This document shows positions 34,562 through 43,050 of a DNA stretch of 64,000 nucleotides, piece by piece. The DNA is from a bacterium (GTDB lineage Bacteria; Bacillota; Clostridia; Oscillospirales; Acutalibacteraceae): the NCBI GenBank assembly GCA_963605415.1, contig CAVCUL010000002.1, positions 169,231-233,230 on the forward strand, given 5' to 3'. Below the pieces are notes generated by a model. The model ran no database searches. It saw only the letters and a program-made list of their open reading frames with translations, and had not been told where the DNA came from. Position 1 is the stretch's first letter. Each line of letters starts with the position of its first letter. Made by a program: the position numbers and the translations under genes.

Positions 34562-35316
34562 ACCGTATGGACAACGATGTAGTCATTTCTGTAGAAAATG
34601 TGACCATGGCCTTTAACCTGAATAAGGAAAAGGTAGATAACTTAAAGGAATATGTGATCAAACTGCTCAAGCGTCAGCTGGAGTTCAAGAAGTTTTATGC
34701 TTTAAAGGACATTAATTTTCAGGTGCGACGCGGGCAGCATTTGGGGATTTTGGGACTGAACGGCGCCGGTAAGTCCACGCTACTTAAGACCATTGTAGGC
34801 GTGTATAAGCCCACCGAGGGCGCAGTGAAAAAGCATGGCGTGATTGCCCCTCTGTTGGAGTTGGGTGCCGGCTTTGACCCCAACTACACCGGTAAGGAGA
34901 ATATTTTTCTGTACGGTGCTATTTTGGGCTATAATCGGGAGTATCTGGAAAGCAAGTACGACGAGATTGTGGCGTTTTCCGAACTGGGCAAGTTTATTGA
35001 TGTGCCGCTGAAGAACTATTCTTCCGGCATGAAGGCCCGCTTGGGCTTTTCCATCGCAACTGCAGTGGAACCGGATATTCTGATTTTGGATGAGGTGCTG
35101 TCCGTAGGTGACGCCCGCTTCCGCAAAAAGAGCCTGGCCAAGGTCCAGTCCATGTTTGACCAGGGGGTAACCGTGCTGTTTGTCTCTCATAATATTCAGC
35201 AGGTAAAGGCCATTTGCGACACGGCTATTTTGCTGGAGAAAGGGCATATCATTGCCTCCGGCGATGTGGACACCGTGGCTGCCGTGTATGAGGAAAAATC
35301 CGGCAAAAAGAAATAA
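34558..35316 (+). CDS. ABC transporter ATP-binding protein, TagH/Wzt (polysaccharide/teichoic-acid export) type
   Basis: 252-aa ORF with ATGA overlap to the previous stop (alternative ATG at 34567). Walker A GLNGAGKST, signature YSSGMKARL, Walker B ILILDE. No ABC-2 permease gene is adjacent. Confidence 0.85.
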   Translation: MNRMDNDVVISVENVTMAFNLNKEKVDNLKEYVIKLLKRQLEFKKFYALKDINFQVRRGQHLGILGLNGAGKSTLLKTIVGVYKPTEGAVKKHGVIAPLLELGAGFDPNYTGKENIFLYGAILGYNREYLESKYDEIVAFSELGKFIDVPLKNYSSGMKARLGFSIATAVEPDILILDEVLSVGDARFRKKSLAKVQSMFDQGVTVLFVSHNIQQVKAICDTAILLEKGHIIASGDVDTVAAVYEEKSGKKK

Positions 35317-35323
35317 GAAATAT

Positions 35324-35355
35324 ACAAGGCGGGCACGCACCCGCCTTGTTTTTTG
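35324..35355 (+). terminator. intrinsic terminator after the ABC ATPase gene
   Basis: ACAAGGCGGG CACGCA CCCGCCTTGT followed by TTTTT. Confidence 0.85.
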
Positions 35356-35361
35356 TAAAGA

Positions 35362-35396
35362 AATACCCCGTGCGGTTTGAAACTGCACGGGGTATT
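35362..35396 (-). terminator. second hairpin between convergent genes, probable terminator of the glucosaminidase gene
   Basis: AATACCCCGTGC ... GCACGGGGTATT 12-bp stem, 14 nt downstream of the stop at 35410. The T-run on the minus strand is weak. Confidence 0.5.
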
Positions 35397-35409
35397 TTGT
35401 TGTGCTCGA

Positions 35410-37554
35410 TTATTTCACCTTTACGGTCTTAGTGGCACTCCAGGCGGAGTAGACTTTCTTCTTGCCCTCAGTGCGATAGGAACGCATACGCACATAATAA
35501 GTGGTCTTGGCCCGATAGGTAGAGAAGGTCTTGGAGGTGGCGCTCTTGCTCACCGTAAAGTCTAAAAAGTTTTTCTTAAAGTTTTTGGTGGTGGAGTATT
35601 GCACCTGATAGCCGCTGCAGGTCACCTTTTTCCATTTTATGGTAATCTTTTTAGATTTTGAGGAGGCGGCTGAACTGATTTTCGGCGTTGTAGGAAGGGT
35701 TTTTGTGCTGACCTTGCTGCTTTTTGCGCCGGTTTTGGTTTTGCTGTCTTTGGTGTATGCTGCCACCTGAAAGGTGTAGCTGGTATAGGCTTTTAGGCTG
35801 CTTACGGTGCCGCTGGTTTTGTTACCCTTGATCGTGGCTACTTTGGTGGCCTTTTTGGTTTTGGCATCGTATCGGTAAATGTAATAGCCGTCAGCACCGG
35901 CCTTTTTGCTCCACTTGAGGGTCACAGAGGTCGCAGAACGGCTTTTTATCTTTGCGCCGCTGACACCTCCGGGTAAGCAGTGCTTGGTGTTGTAGGCGCT
36001 GTAAGGGCCGTATTTGCCGCTGACATAGGCGCGCACCCGCACGGCATATTCCTGTGTGTTTGTCAGATTATTCAGAGTGGTACTGGTGCCGGTGACAGTC
36101 TTGGAAAAAGTGCTGCCCTTGGTTTTATTGGTAATGTCGATGTAATATTTGGTGGCACCGGATACCTTATTCCATTTGTAGGTCAAAGAGGTTTTGGTTC
36201 TGGCGGTCAGAGTCAGCCCGGTAACCTGGTTTTTGTTTGCTGCTGTGGTCGTGGCTTTTGTGGTTGTTGTGGCGTCAGTGGTGGTGGATATGTGGTTTAC
36301 ATCCGCTGTGGATGTGGGCATATTGTTGTAAACAGGGATAATAAAGGTTTTGGCCGTATCCAGAATTTTGGCTGCTTTGTAGGCGTTGTAGGTGGTTACG
36401 GACTCAGAGGCCGCCGCTTGCACATTGGCCATGTACTCGTGGCTGTGCTTCTCTGCCGTACCGGGGGCTACATTGAACTTTTGCAGGTAGCCGGTATTCT
36501 GGGTTTTGGAAAAGCCGCTGGCAATGTAGGTTGCGCCGTAATAAATGGATTTATAGGGATTGGTCCAGGGACGACCGTAATTAAAGTACTTGGTTCGGCA
36601 GGCGCTCTTTTTTACATAGCCGGTAGTGCCGGTAGAGTAGCTGCCACCGTTGTCTGTATACAGGCGCACCCGATAGTAGTCGCCTGCATTGGCGCGCCAT
36701 ACCATATACTGACCGGCTTTTGCAGTGGTTTTTGTACCGCTGACTTTGCCGTCTTTGTAATCGGAATAAATGGTGGCGCTCTCTTCCAGGCGCAGGTAAC
36801 CCGCAGCCCATTCCAGGCCGTCCATAGCGCCGCTGTATGCACCGATATTATAATAATTATAAATACCGTAGAAGGGCGCACTGCTGCCGCTGGCGCCGCC
36901 AGTGGTAGCCTTGGCGCTGCCTACCTCTTGCACAATCTTGGAGGCCAGATAGTAGGCGCTCATGCCGCTGTTTTTGGCAGCAGCCAGAATTGCGTCGGAA
37001 TACTTGGTTTTGCTGTCATAGTTTTTGCGGGTTTGGCCGTCCGTGGTCAAATAGTTAATCAAGGAGTTGTGCATCCAGGTGGGAGAGAGAATGGTCTCTA
37101 CCCCGGTTTTGGTTTGGGCAGTATTGTATGCCGTAGACTCAAACTGGAAAATGTGCTTTTCGTCAAAGAAGTTGCGGGGATCCATATAGTGCATCACTGC
37201 ATTCTTGGATGCAGAGTACCAGCTGGAACCTTCCTGGGGTTTATTCTTACAGGAGGAGCAAGTACAATAGTAGGCAGATGACAGGGAGGACTGGCGCTCG
37301 ATCAACTGCTTGGAGTGGGGGGAGCGCTCTGCGTCCGCGGCAGAGTTGAAATCCAATCCGGTTTTCAGAGGCTGAAAATCCCATTTTGGGTATTTGTCGT
37401 GCAAGGCAACCAATTTGCTGATATAGCTTTCTGGGAAACCTTTGTCTCGTAATTGATCCGCGTAGCTTTTTGCGAACGCATTACTGGGCAGTGTCGCAAA
37501 AGCGGCAATAACCATTAAAAAGGCGAATAGTACACTTGCTATTTTTTTTGACAT
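35410..37554 (-). CDS. secreted cell-wall hydrolase (N-acetylglucosaminidase-like domain) with SH3-like region and three C-terminal Fn3-like repeats
   Basis: 714-aa ORF. Signal peptide ...ATLPSNAFA. GMSAYYLASKIVQEVG...YNYYNIGAY block typical of glucosaminidase/GH73-like domains. Repeated ...W.KV.GA.GY....Y.. Fn3 units. Confidence 0.75.
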   Translation of the reverse strand: MSKKIASVLFAFLMVIAAFATLPSNAFAKSYADQLRDKGFPESYISKLVALHDKYPKWDFQPLKTGLDFNSAADAERSPHSKQLIERQSSLSSAYYCTCSSCKNKPQEGSSWYSASKNAVMHYMDPRNFFDEKHIFQFESTAYNTAQTKTGVETILSPTWMHNSLINYLTTDGQTRKNYDSKTKYSDAILAAAKNSGMSAYYLASKIVQEVGSAKATTGGASGSSAPFYGIYNYYNIGAYSGAMDGLEWAAGYLRLEESATIYSDYKDGKVSGTKTTAKAGQYMVWRANAGDYYRVRLYTDNGGSYSTGTTGYVKKSACRTKYFNYGRPWTNPYKSIYYGATYIASGFSKTQNTGYLQKFNVAPGTAEKHSHEYMANVQAAASESVTTYNAYKAAKILDTAKTFIIPVYNNMPTSTADVNHISTTTDATTTTKATTTAANKNQVTGLTLTARTKTSLTYKWNKVSGATKYYIDITNKTKGSTFSKTVTGTSTTLNNLTNTQEYAVRVRAYVSGKYGPYSAYNTKHCLPGGVSGAKIKSRSATSVTLKWSKKAGADGYYIYRYDAKTKKATKVATIKGNKTSGTVSSLKAYTSYTFQVAAYTKDSKTKTGAKSSKVSTKTLPTTPKISSAASSKSKKITIKWKKVTCSGYQVQYSTTKNFKKNFLDFTVSKSATSKTFSTYRAKTTYYVRMRSYRTEGKKKVYSAWSATKTVKVK

Positions 37555-37801
37555 TTTTGAGTCACCGTTCCTTCAATTTTTGGCGGAATTATGCGGTTTT
37601 TTCACAACACTAACCTAATCATATCATCTTGTGCAGTGTTTGTCAATTTTTTTGTAACCGGAAAATATTGTCGAAACTCTTGACAAATCCGAAAAAATTG
37701 TGTAAACTTGTCACGCTGTGAAAAAAAGACACGGCGCATATGCACATGCAGTGCAAGAGAACAAAAAATAATCAAAAAATGGAAAGAGAGGAGTCGAAAA
37801 C

Positions 37802-38455
37802 ATGAGAATTTCGAAAGATCCCACAAAACCGCATGCACCGAGCAACGCACGGGAGGGCAATGGCCTGCCGGCAAGACTGACCCGTTTGCGCGAGGATGCA
37901 AACATGACGCAGGACCAGGCCTCCAAGGTTTTTCAGGTCAACCGCAGCACATATGCTTATTATGAGACCGGTAAGAGCCATCCTAAGTATCCGGTACTGT
38001 GCCGTATGGCCAGCGCCTATGGCGTTACCGCCGGTTACCTTCTGGGCATGGAGGACATGCCGCAGCCTCCGGCCGGTGAGCTGCACGACACGGAGGTGCC
38101 GTACGATGCCAACAAGGAGCAGACATCCGGAAGTTACTTGAGAGGCAAAATCAGTGACAGCGTGGCAGAGCTGAACGCTGTGGAGCGAATGGTGCTGTTC
38201 CGTCTGCGCATTATGGACAAGGCCGACCAAAAGGGCGTGGTTGACTTTATTAACAGCCTGGCTGATCTGAACAAAGAAGAGTGGGAAATGCTATTCCGCT
38301 TCAGTGAATTGGACAAGGAAGATCAAAAAACAGCGATCCACTTTATTTGCAGTCTGGCTGCGTGCAGCGCAGAGGAGCGGCAGGTGCTGTCTCGTCTTCG
38401 TACCATGGACAAGGAAGCACAGCAGAAAGTTATGGATTTGATCCAAAGTTTGTAA
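37802..38455 (+). CDS. XRE-family helix-turn-helix transcriptional regulator with repeat-containing C-terminal region
   Basis: 217-aa ORF with AGAGGAG RBS. HTH segment LTRLREDANMTQDQASKVFQVNRSTYAYYETGKSHP...LCRMASAYGVTAGYLLG. Confidence 0.8.
   Translation: MRISKDPTKPHAPSNAREGNGLPARLTRLREDANMTQDQASKVFQVNRSTYAYYETGKSHPKYPVLCRMASAYGVTAGYLLGMEDMPQPPAGELHDTEVPYDANKEQTSGSYLRGKISDSVAELNAVERMVLFRLRIMDKADQKGVVDFINSLADLNKEEWEMLFRFSELDKEDQKTAIHFICSLAACSAEERQVLSRLRTMDKEAQQKVMDLIQSL
38168..38452 (+). repeat. three tandem ~32-aa repeats within the XRE regulator
   Basis: ELNAVERMVLFRLRIMDKADQKGVVDFINSLA / DLNKEEWEMLFRFSELDKEDQKTAIHFICSLA / ACSAEERQVLSRLRTMDKEAQQKVMDLIQSL. Confidence 0.8.
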
Positions 38456-38461
38456 GTATGC

Positions 38462-38514
38462 AAGCAAAAGAGCCAGGGGAACCGTTATCGGTTCTCGTGG
38501 CTCTTTTCTTGCTT
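38462..38514. terminator. bidirectional terminator between the XRE gene and tatD
   Basis: Nested stems GAGCCA..TGGCTC and GAACCG TTAT CGGTTC, flanked by AAAAG / CTTTTCTT. Confidence 0.75.
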
Positions 38515-39297
38515 TCACAGATTGTATAGCATCCGGGCATTTTCAGCTGTTTGGCACAGTACCTGTTGGGCAGACAGCCCCAGCACCTCCCCAATGCGCG
38601 CGGCAATGTGGGGGATCAGGGCGGAGTTGTTGCGCTGCCCGCGGCAAGGCTCCGGCGCCAGGTAAGGGCAGTCCGTCTCCAGCACCAGGCGCTCCAAGGG
38701 GATCGTTTCCACTACCTCCAGCGCTTTGCGGGCGTTCTTAAAGGTGGCCACGCCGTTCAGGCCGATGTACATACCCAGTTTGATGATCTCCTTTGCCATT
38801 TCCTTGCTGCCGGAGAAGCAGTGCACCACCCCTTTGGGCTGCAAGGCTTGCAGCAGCTCCAGGGTGTCGCCGTGGGCCTCCCGGTCGTGGACGATAACGG
38901 GCTTGTCCAGTTCCTTTGCAAGCAGGATCTGGCGGCGGAAAAAGGCCGTTTGGGTGTCTTTATCGCTAGTCATCCAGTGGTAGTCCAGGCCGATTTCGCC
39001 CACCGCCACGCACTTGGGGTCTGCCAGCAGCGGCCACAGGCGCTCTATGTTCTCTAAAGCGGCGCCTTCCAAGTTCTCCGGGTGGAACCCGGCGGCAAAG
39101 TAAAACCAGGGGTATCGGCGGCTCAGCGCCTGATTTTGCAGGGAGGAGGGCAGGTCGCAGCCGCAGCTGACCACACCTACTACCCCCAGGTCCGGCAGTT
39201 GGCCCAGCAGTTCTTCCCGGTCCGGGTCAAATTGGGGGTCGTCATAATGGGCGTGGGTGTCAAAAATCGGAGCGTTTTCAATCGGAGTGTTTTCCAT
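38515..39297 (-). CDS. tatD: TatD-family metal-dependent hydrolase/DNase
   Basis: 260-aa ORF. IFDTHAHY, GFHPE, AVGEIGLDY, VHCFSG and ETDCPYLAP motifs. Confidence 0.9.
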   Translation of the reverse strand: MENTPIENAPIFDTHAHYDDPQFDPDREELLGQLPDLGVVGVVSCGCDLPSSLQNQALSRRYPWFYFAAGFHPENLEGAALENIERLWPLLADPKCVAVGEIGLDYHWMTSDKDTQTAFFRRQILLAKELDKPVIVHDREAHGDTLELLQALQPKGVVHCFSGSKEMAKEIIKLGMYIGLNGVATFKNARKALEVVETIPLERLVLETDCPYLAPEPCRGQRNNSALIPHIAARIGEVLGLSAQQVLCQTAENARMLYNL

Positions 39298-39313
39298 AAA
39301 TCGAATTCCTTTA

Positions 39314-39350
39314 TAAAAAAGAGCGACCGGTCCGCAGACTGCTCGCTCTT
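39314..39350 (-). terminator. intrinsic terminator after metG
   Basis: AGAGCGA ... TCGCTCT stem. On the minus strand it is followed by TTTTTT (39320-39315). Confidence 0.8.
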
Positions 39351-39359
39351 TTGTGTTTT

Positions 39360-41309
39360 TTAGCGGATCTTGGTGCCGGCGGGCATACCGTCCACAAACA
39401 GCACCTGCACATCATTTTCGCCTACATCGCCGGCCAGGAGCATACCGTTGCTCATCTCGCCGCACAGCTTGGCAGGCTTTAAGTTGGCTACGATCACCAC
39501 TTTTTTGCCGATCAGGTCCTCCGGCTTGTACCAGGGGGCAATGCCGCTGACGATCTGGCGGCTGCCGTCGCCGTCGTTCACTTGCAGCTTCAGCAGCTTT
39601 TTTGCCCGCTTAATAGGCGCGCAGTCGGTGATCTCTGCCACCCGCAGCTCTACCTTGCTAAAGTCGTCAAAGGCGATCTGGGCCACGCCGGGCACTTCTG
39701 CCTTGGGCTGCTGGGCAGCGGTGGCCTTTTCCATTTGCGCTTTAATTAAAGCGTTCAGTTCATCGATCTCCTTGTCCGTGTCAATGCGGGGGAACAGGGC
39801 GTCGCCCTTGTGCACCGTTACATTGGCAGGCAACACGCCGAACTTGGCGGCGTTCTCATAGGTGATCAGGTCCTCTGCAGCACCGATCTGTGCCCAGGCC
39901 TTGGGCATAGAGGTGGGCATAAAGCAGGACAGCAGGGTGGTGGTGATCCGGATCACTTCCAGCAGGTTGTACAGCACGCTGGCCAGCCGGGCCTTGCGGC
40001 TCTCGTCCTTGCCCAGGATCCAGGGGGTGGTCTCGTCGATATATTTGTTGGCTCTGGAGATCACCTTAAAGATCTCTGCCAGGGCGTTGTTCAGCTGGGT
40101 CTCGTCCATATAGGCGGCCACTTTGTCCCGCAGTTCCAGCGCCGGGTCGATCAGCGAAGCGTCCAGTTCTTCGTCTGCCTCTCTGCATTCCGGCAGGGTG
40201 CCGCCAAAGTATTTTTCCGCCATAGCCACGGTACGGGACACCAGGTTGCCCAGATCGTTGGCCAGATCTGCGTTAATGCGGTTGATCATAATTTCGTTAG
40301 AGAAGGAGCTATCTGCGCCAAGTGCCATCTCCCGCAAAATGTGGTAGCGAATGGCGTCTGCGCCGTAGCGCTCACCCAGCACCAGCGGGTCTACCACATT
40401 GCCGATGGATTTGCTCATCTTTTGGCCGTTAAAGGTGATCCAGCCGTGCACAGCCAGGTGCTTGGGCAGCGGCAGATCCAGCGCCATCAGCATGGCGGGC
40501 CAAATAATGGCGTGAAAGCGCATAATGTCCTTTGCCACCATGTGTACATCGGCGGGCCAATAGCGGTCAAAGTCGTCATATTTGTCATTCAGGTAGCCCA
40601 GAGCACTGATGTAGTTGGACAGAGCATCTACCCACACATAGACCACATGGCCCGGGTCAAAGGTGACGGGAATGCCCCAGGTAAAGGAGGTGCGGGACAC
40701 GCACAGATCCTCCAGACCGGGTTTGATGAAGTTATTGACCAGCTCTACCGCACGGCTCTTGGGCTGCAAATAATCTGTCTCCAGCAGCAGTTTTTCGATC
40801 CGGTCGGAAAAGGGGGATAGCTTAAAGAAATAGGCTTCCTCAGCGGCCTCGGTGACCTCACGGCCGCACTCCGGGCACTTGCCGTCTACCAACTGGCTCT
40901 CGGTCCAAAAGCTCTCACAGGGGGTGCAATATTTGCCCTTGTATTCGCCCTTGTAAATATAGCCTCGGTCATACAGCTCTTTAAAGATTTTTTGTACCGT
41001 CTCTACGTGGTAATCGTCAGTGGTGCGAATGTAGCGGTCATAGCTGATATTCATATAGGACCACAGCTTCTTAAAAATGGCCACAATCTCGTCCACATAC
41101 GCTTTTGGAGTTACACCCTTCTCGGCGGCCTTTTGCTCAATTTTCAGCCCGTGCTCGTCCGTACCGGTGAGAAAGAGCACATCATATCCCTGCATCCGCC
41201 GAAAGCGGGCGATAGAGTCGCAGGCCACGGTGGTATAGCAGTGCCCAATGTGGGGATTGCCTGAGGGGTAATAAATGGGCGTGGTGATATAAAACTTTTC
41301 CTTATCCAT
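39360..41309 (-). CDS. metG: methionine--tRNA ligase with C-terminal tRNA-binding (EMAP-like) domain
   Basis: ORF 39360..41333(-) trimmed to ATG 41309 behind AAGGAGGCTCCT. HIGH motif (NPHIGH), KMSKS motif, four-Cys knuckle (CTPCES...CPECG). Confidence 0.95.
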   Translation of the reverse strand: MDKEKFYITTPIYYPSGNPHIGHCYTTVACDSIARFRRMQGYDVLFLTGTDEHGLKIEQKAAEKGVTPKAYVDEIVAIFKKLWSYMNISYDRYIRTTDDYHVETVQKIFKELYDRGYIYKGEYKGKYCTPCESFWTESQLVDGKCPECGREVTEAAEEAYFFKLSPFSDRIEKLLLETDYLQPKSRAVELVNNFIKPGLEDLCVSRTSFTWGIPVTFDPGHVVYVWVDALSNYISALGYLNDKYDDFDRYWPADVHMVAKDIMRFHAIIWPAMLMALDLPLPKHLAVHGWITFNGQKMSKSIGNVVDPLVLGERYGADAIRYHILREMALGADSSFSNEIMINRINADLANDLGNLVSRTVAMAEKYFGGTLPECREADEELDASLIDPALELRDKVAAYMDETQLNNALAEIFKVISRANKYIDETTPWILGKDESRKARLASVLYNLLEVIRITTTLLSCFMPTSMPKAWAQIGAAEDLITYENAAKFGVLPANVTVHKGDALFPRIDTDKEIDELNALIKAQMEKATAAQQPKAEVPGVAQIAFDDFSKVELRVAEITDCAPIKRAKKLLKLQVNDGDGSRQIVSGIAPWYKPEDLIGKKVVIVANLKPAKLCGEMSNGMLLAGDVGENDVQVLFVDGMPAGTKIR

Positions 41310-41319
41310 AGGAGCCTCC

Positions 41320-41778
41320 TTATACAAATACATTGAAGTTGGCCGTCGCGCCGTCCTTGGTGCGGGTCTCTACCGCATCGCCGGTTTGCATGTCGACTTT
41401 GACGGAGGCGTACTTCTTGTTGTTCTTATACACGGCAAAATAGTAGTCATTGCCTTCGGACACGGTGCCGTTTACATCGTAGCCCTTGCCGTAGTAGTTG
41501 GTCAGGGCGTCCAGTGCCTGGTTGACGGTGTAGGTACTTCCACTATCTTCTTTTGCCTTTTTGGTGGTGTTTGTTGTCGATTTGGTCGTGGTTTCGGCAG
41601 TGGTATCGGTTGTGCTTTCCGGCGCCGTCGTGTCTGCCACCGTGACAGCGGGTTGGGTAGATACTGTGATCGGTGCGGTGGTGGCCTCCTCCCGGGTGGC
41701 CTTGGTGCAGCCAAACAGCCCGGCGGTGGTTATGCAACACATGGCCAGCGCCAGCGCCGCTTTGATCCCTTTATTCAT
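41320..41778 (-). CDS. lipoprotein with Thr-rich linker and PepSY-like C-terminal domain
   Basis: ORF 41320..41796(-). ATG at 41778 behind AGGTGA. Lipobox TTAGLFGC; Thr/Ala-rich low-complexity linker. Confidence 0.7.
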   Translation of the reverse strand: MNKGIKAALALAMCCITTAGLFGCTKATREEATTAPITVSTQPAVTVADTTAPESTTDTTAETTTKSTTNTTKKAKEDSGSTYTVNQALDALTNYYGKGYDVNGTVSEGNDYYFAVYKNNKKYASVKVDMQTGDAVETRTKDGATANFNVFV

Positions 41779-41800
41779 ATCATCACCTGATTTCAAAATG

Positions 41801-42526
41801 TTACAGCAGGGAGGCGGCGCCCCGATCCAGCATCAGCGTTACATCCGTATGGAACTGCAACACAGAGGCAGGACAAGCGGGGGTCACATTGCCGGAGATT
41901 ACCTGCTTGATGGCTTTGGCCTTGTGCTCGCCCAGGGCGATAATGAGAATGCGCTTAGCCTGCATAATGGAGCCGATCCCCATGGTCAGCGCCTGGGTCG
42001 GAACCTCCTCAATGGTGTTAAAGAAACGGCTGTTGTCCTGAATGGTGCTTTCCTTGAGAGAGACCACATGGGTCCACCGCTGGAAAGAATCGCTGGGCTC
42101 GTTAAAGGCAATGTGGCCGTTAGAGCCGATACCCAGTAGCTGAATATCAATGCCGCCTGCGGCGCGAATGCTTTTCTCATACTGCTTACATTCGGTCTCT
42201 AAGTCCGCTGCGTTGCCGTCCAGGAAGTGAATGCGCTCCTCCGGGATATTGATGTGATCAAACAGATTTTCGTGCATAAAGGAGTGGTAAGAGTTTTTGT
42301 CTGCCACATCCAGCTTGCAGTATTCGTCCAGGTTAAAGGTGGTCACCCGGGAGAAGTCCACAGCCCCCTGCTCATACAGCCGGATCATGTGATTGTAAGG
42401 CTTCAGCGGGGTGGAGCCGGTGGCAAGACCCAGTACAGAGTCGGGCTTTGCCAGCACCTGGCCGCACATATAGTTACCGGCTGCAATGCCGATCTGTTCT
42501 TCCGTATCGTAAATCAGTACATTCAT
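41801..42526 (-). CDS. nagB: glucosamine-6-phosphate deaminase
   Basis: 241-aa ORF. LGLATGSTP and LLGIGSNGHIAFNEP motifs. Confidence 0.95.
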   Translation of the reverse strand: MNVLIYDTEEQIGIAAGNYMCGQVLAKPDSVLGLATGSTPLKPYNHMIRLYEQGAVDFSRVTTFNLDEYCKLDVADKNSYHSFMHENLFDHINIPEERIHFLDGNAADLETECKQYEKSIRAAGGIDIQLLGIGSNGHIAFNEPSDSFQRWTHVVSLKESTIQDNSRFFNTIEEVPTQALTMGIGSIMQAKRILIIALGEHKAKAIKQVISGNVTPACPASVLQFHTDVTLMLDRGAASLL

Positions 42527-42588
42527 ATTGTTTCCTCGCTCTTAATTTTAAGAATATGTCCTATATTATATACGATTTGGCGGCAATG

Positions 42589-43050
42589 TCAAATCCCGGT
42601 GCGCCGCTTGGCGCGGTGCCGCAGCCAAAGCCAGATCAGTACCCCGGCGCACAGCAGCCCCAGCATCGCCCCGGCAGTATCAATAGCCCAGTCCACTGCC
42701 TGGCAGGAGCGGCCGGGCACAAAGCGTTGGTGCACCTCGTCCGACACTGCATAAAGACTGGCAATGGGCAGGCTCGCCGCCGTGTATTTTGCACTCCAAG
42801 TGGCAGCGCAGGCAAAACTCAGCAGCAGGCAAAGTCCGGTATATTCCAAAAAGTGGGCGGACTTGCGCACCAAAAAGTCTGTGAGCCATCCGTCGCCCAG
42901 CAGGCGGGTGAGCCAGGCCAGTACGGCGCCGCTCTCTCGGCTGGATTGGTCCGCCGTGCGGGAGGACAGGTAGAAGATCACGCCCATACACACCGCGCTG
43001 AGCACCCAAAAGACCGCAGCGTACCGCTTATTCTCTGACTGCTTCAACAA
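42589..43050 (-). CDS. VanZ-family membrane protein
   Basis: ORF 42589..43095(-), which has a GTG start. I favour TTG at 43050 or 43047, 6-9 nt after a GGGAGGG RBS. RKSAHFLEYTGL and DEVHQRFVPGRS motifs are typical of VanZ. The start is uncertain. Confidence 0.7.
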   Translation of the reverse strand: MLKQSENKRYAAVFWVLSAVCMGVIFYLSSRTADQSSRESGAVLAWLTRLLGDGWLTDFLVRKSAHFLEYTGLCLLLSFACAATWSAKYTAASLPIASLYAVSDEVHQRFVPGRSCQAVDWAIDTAGAMLGLLCAGVLIWLWLRHRAKRRTGI

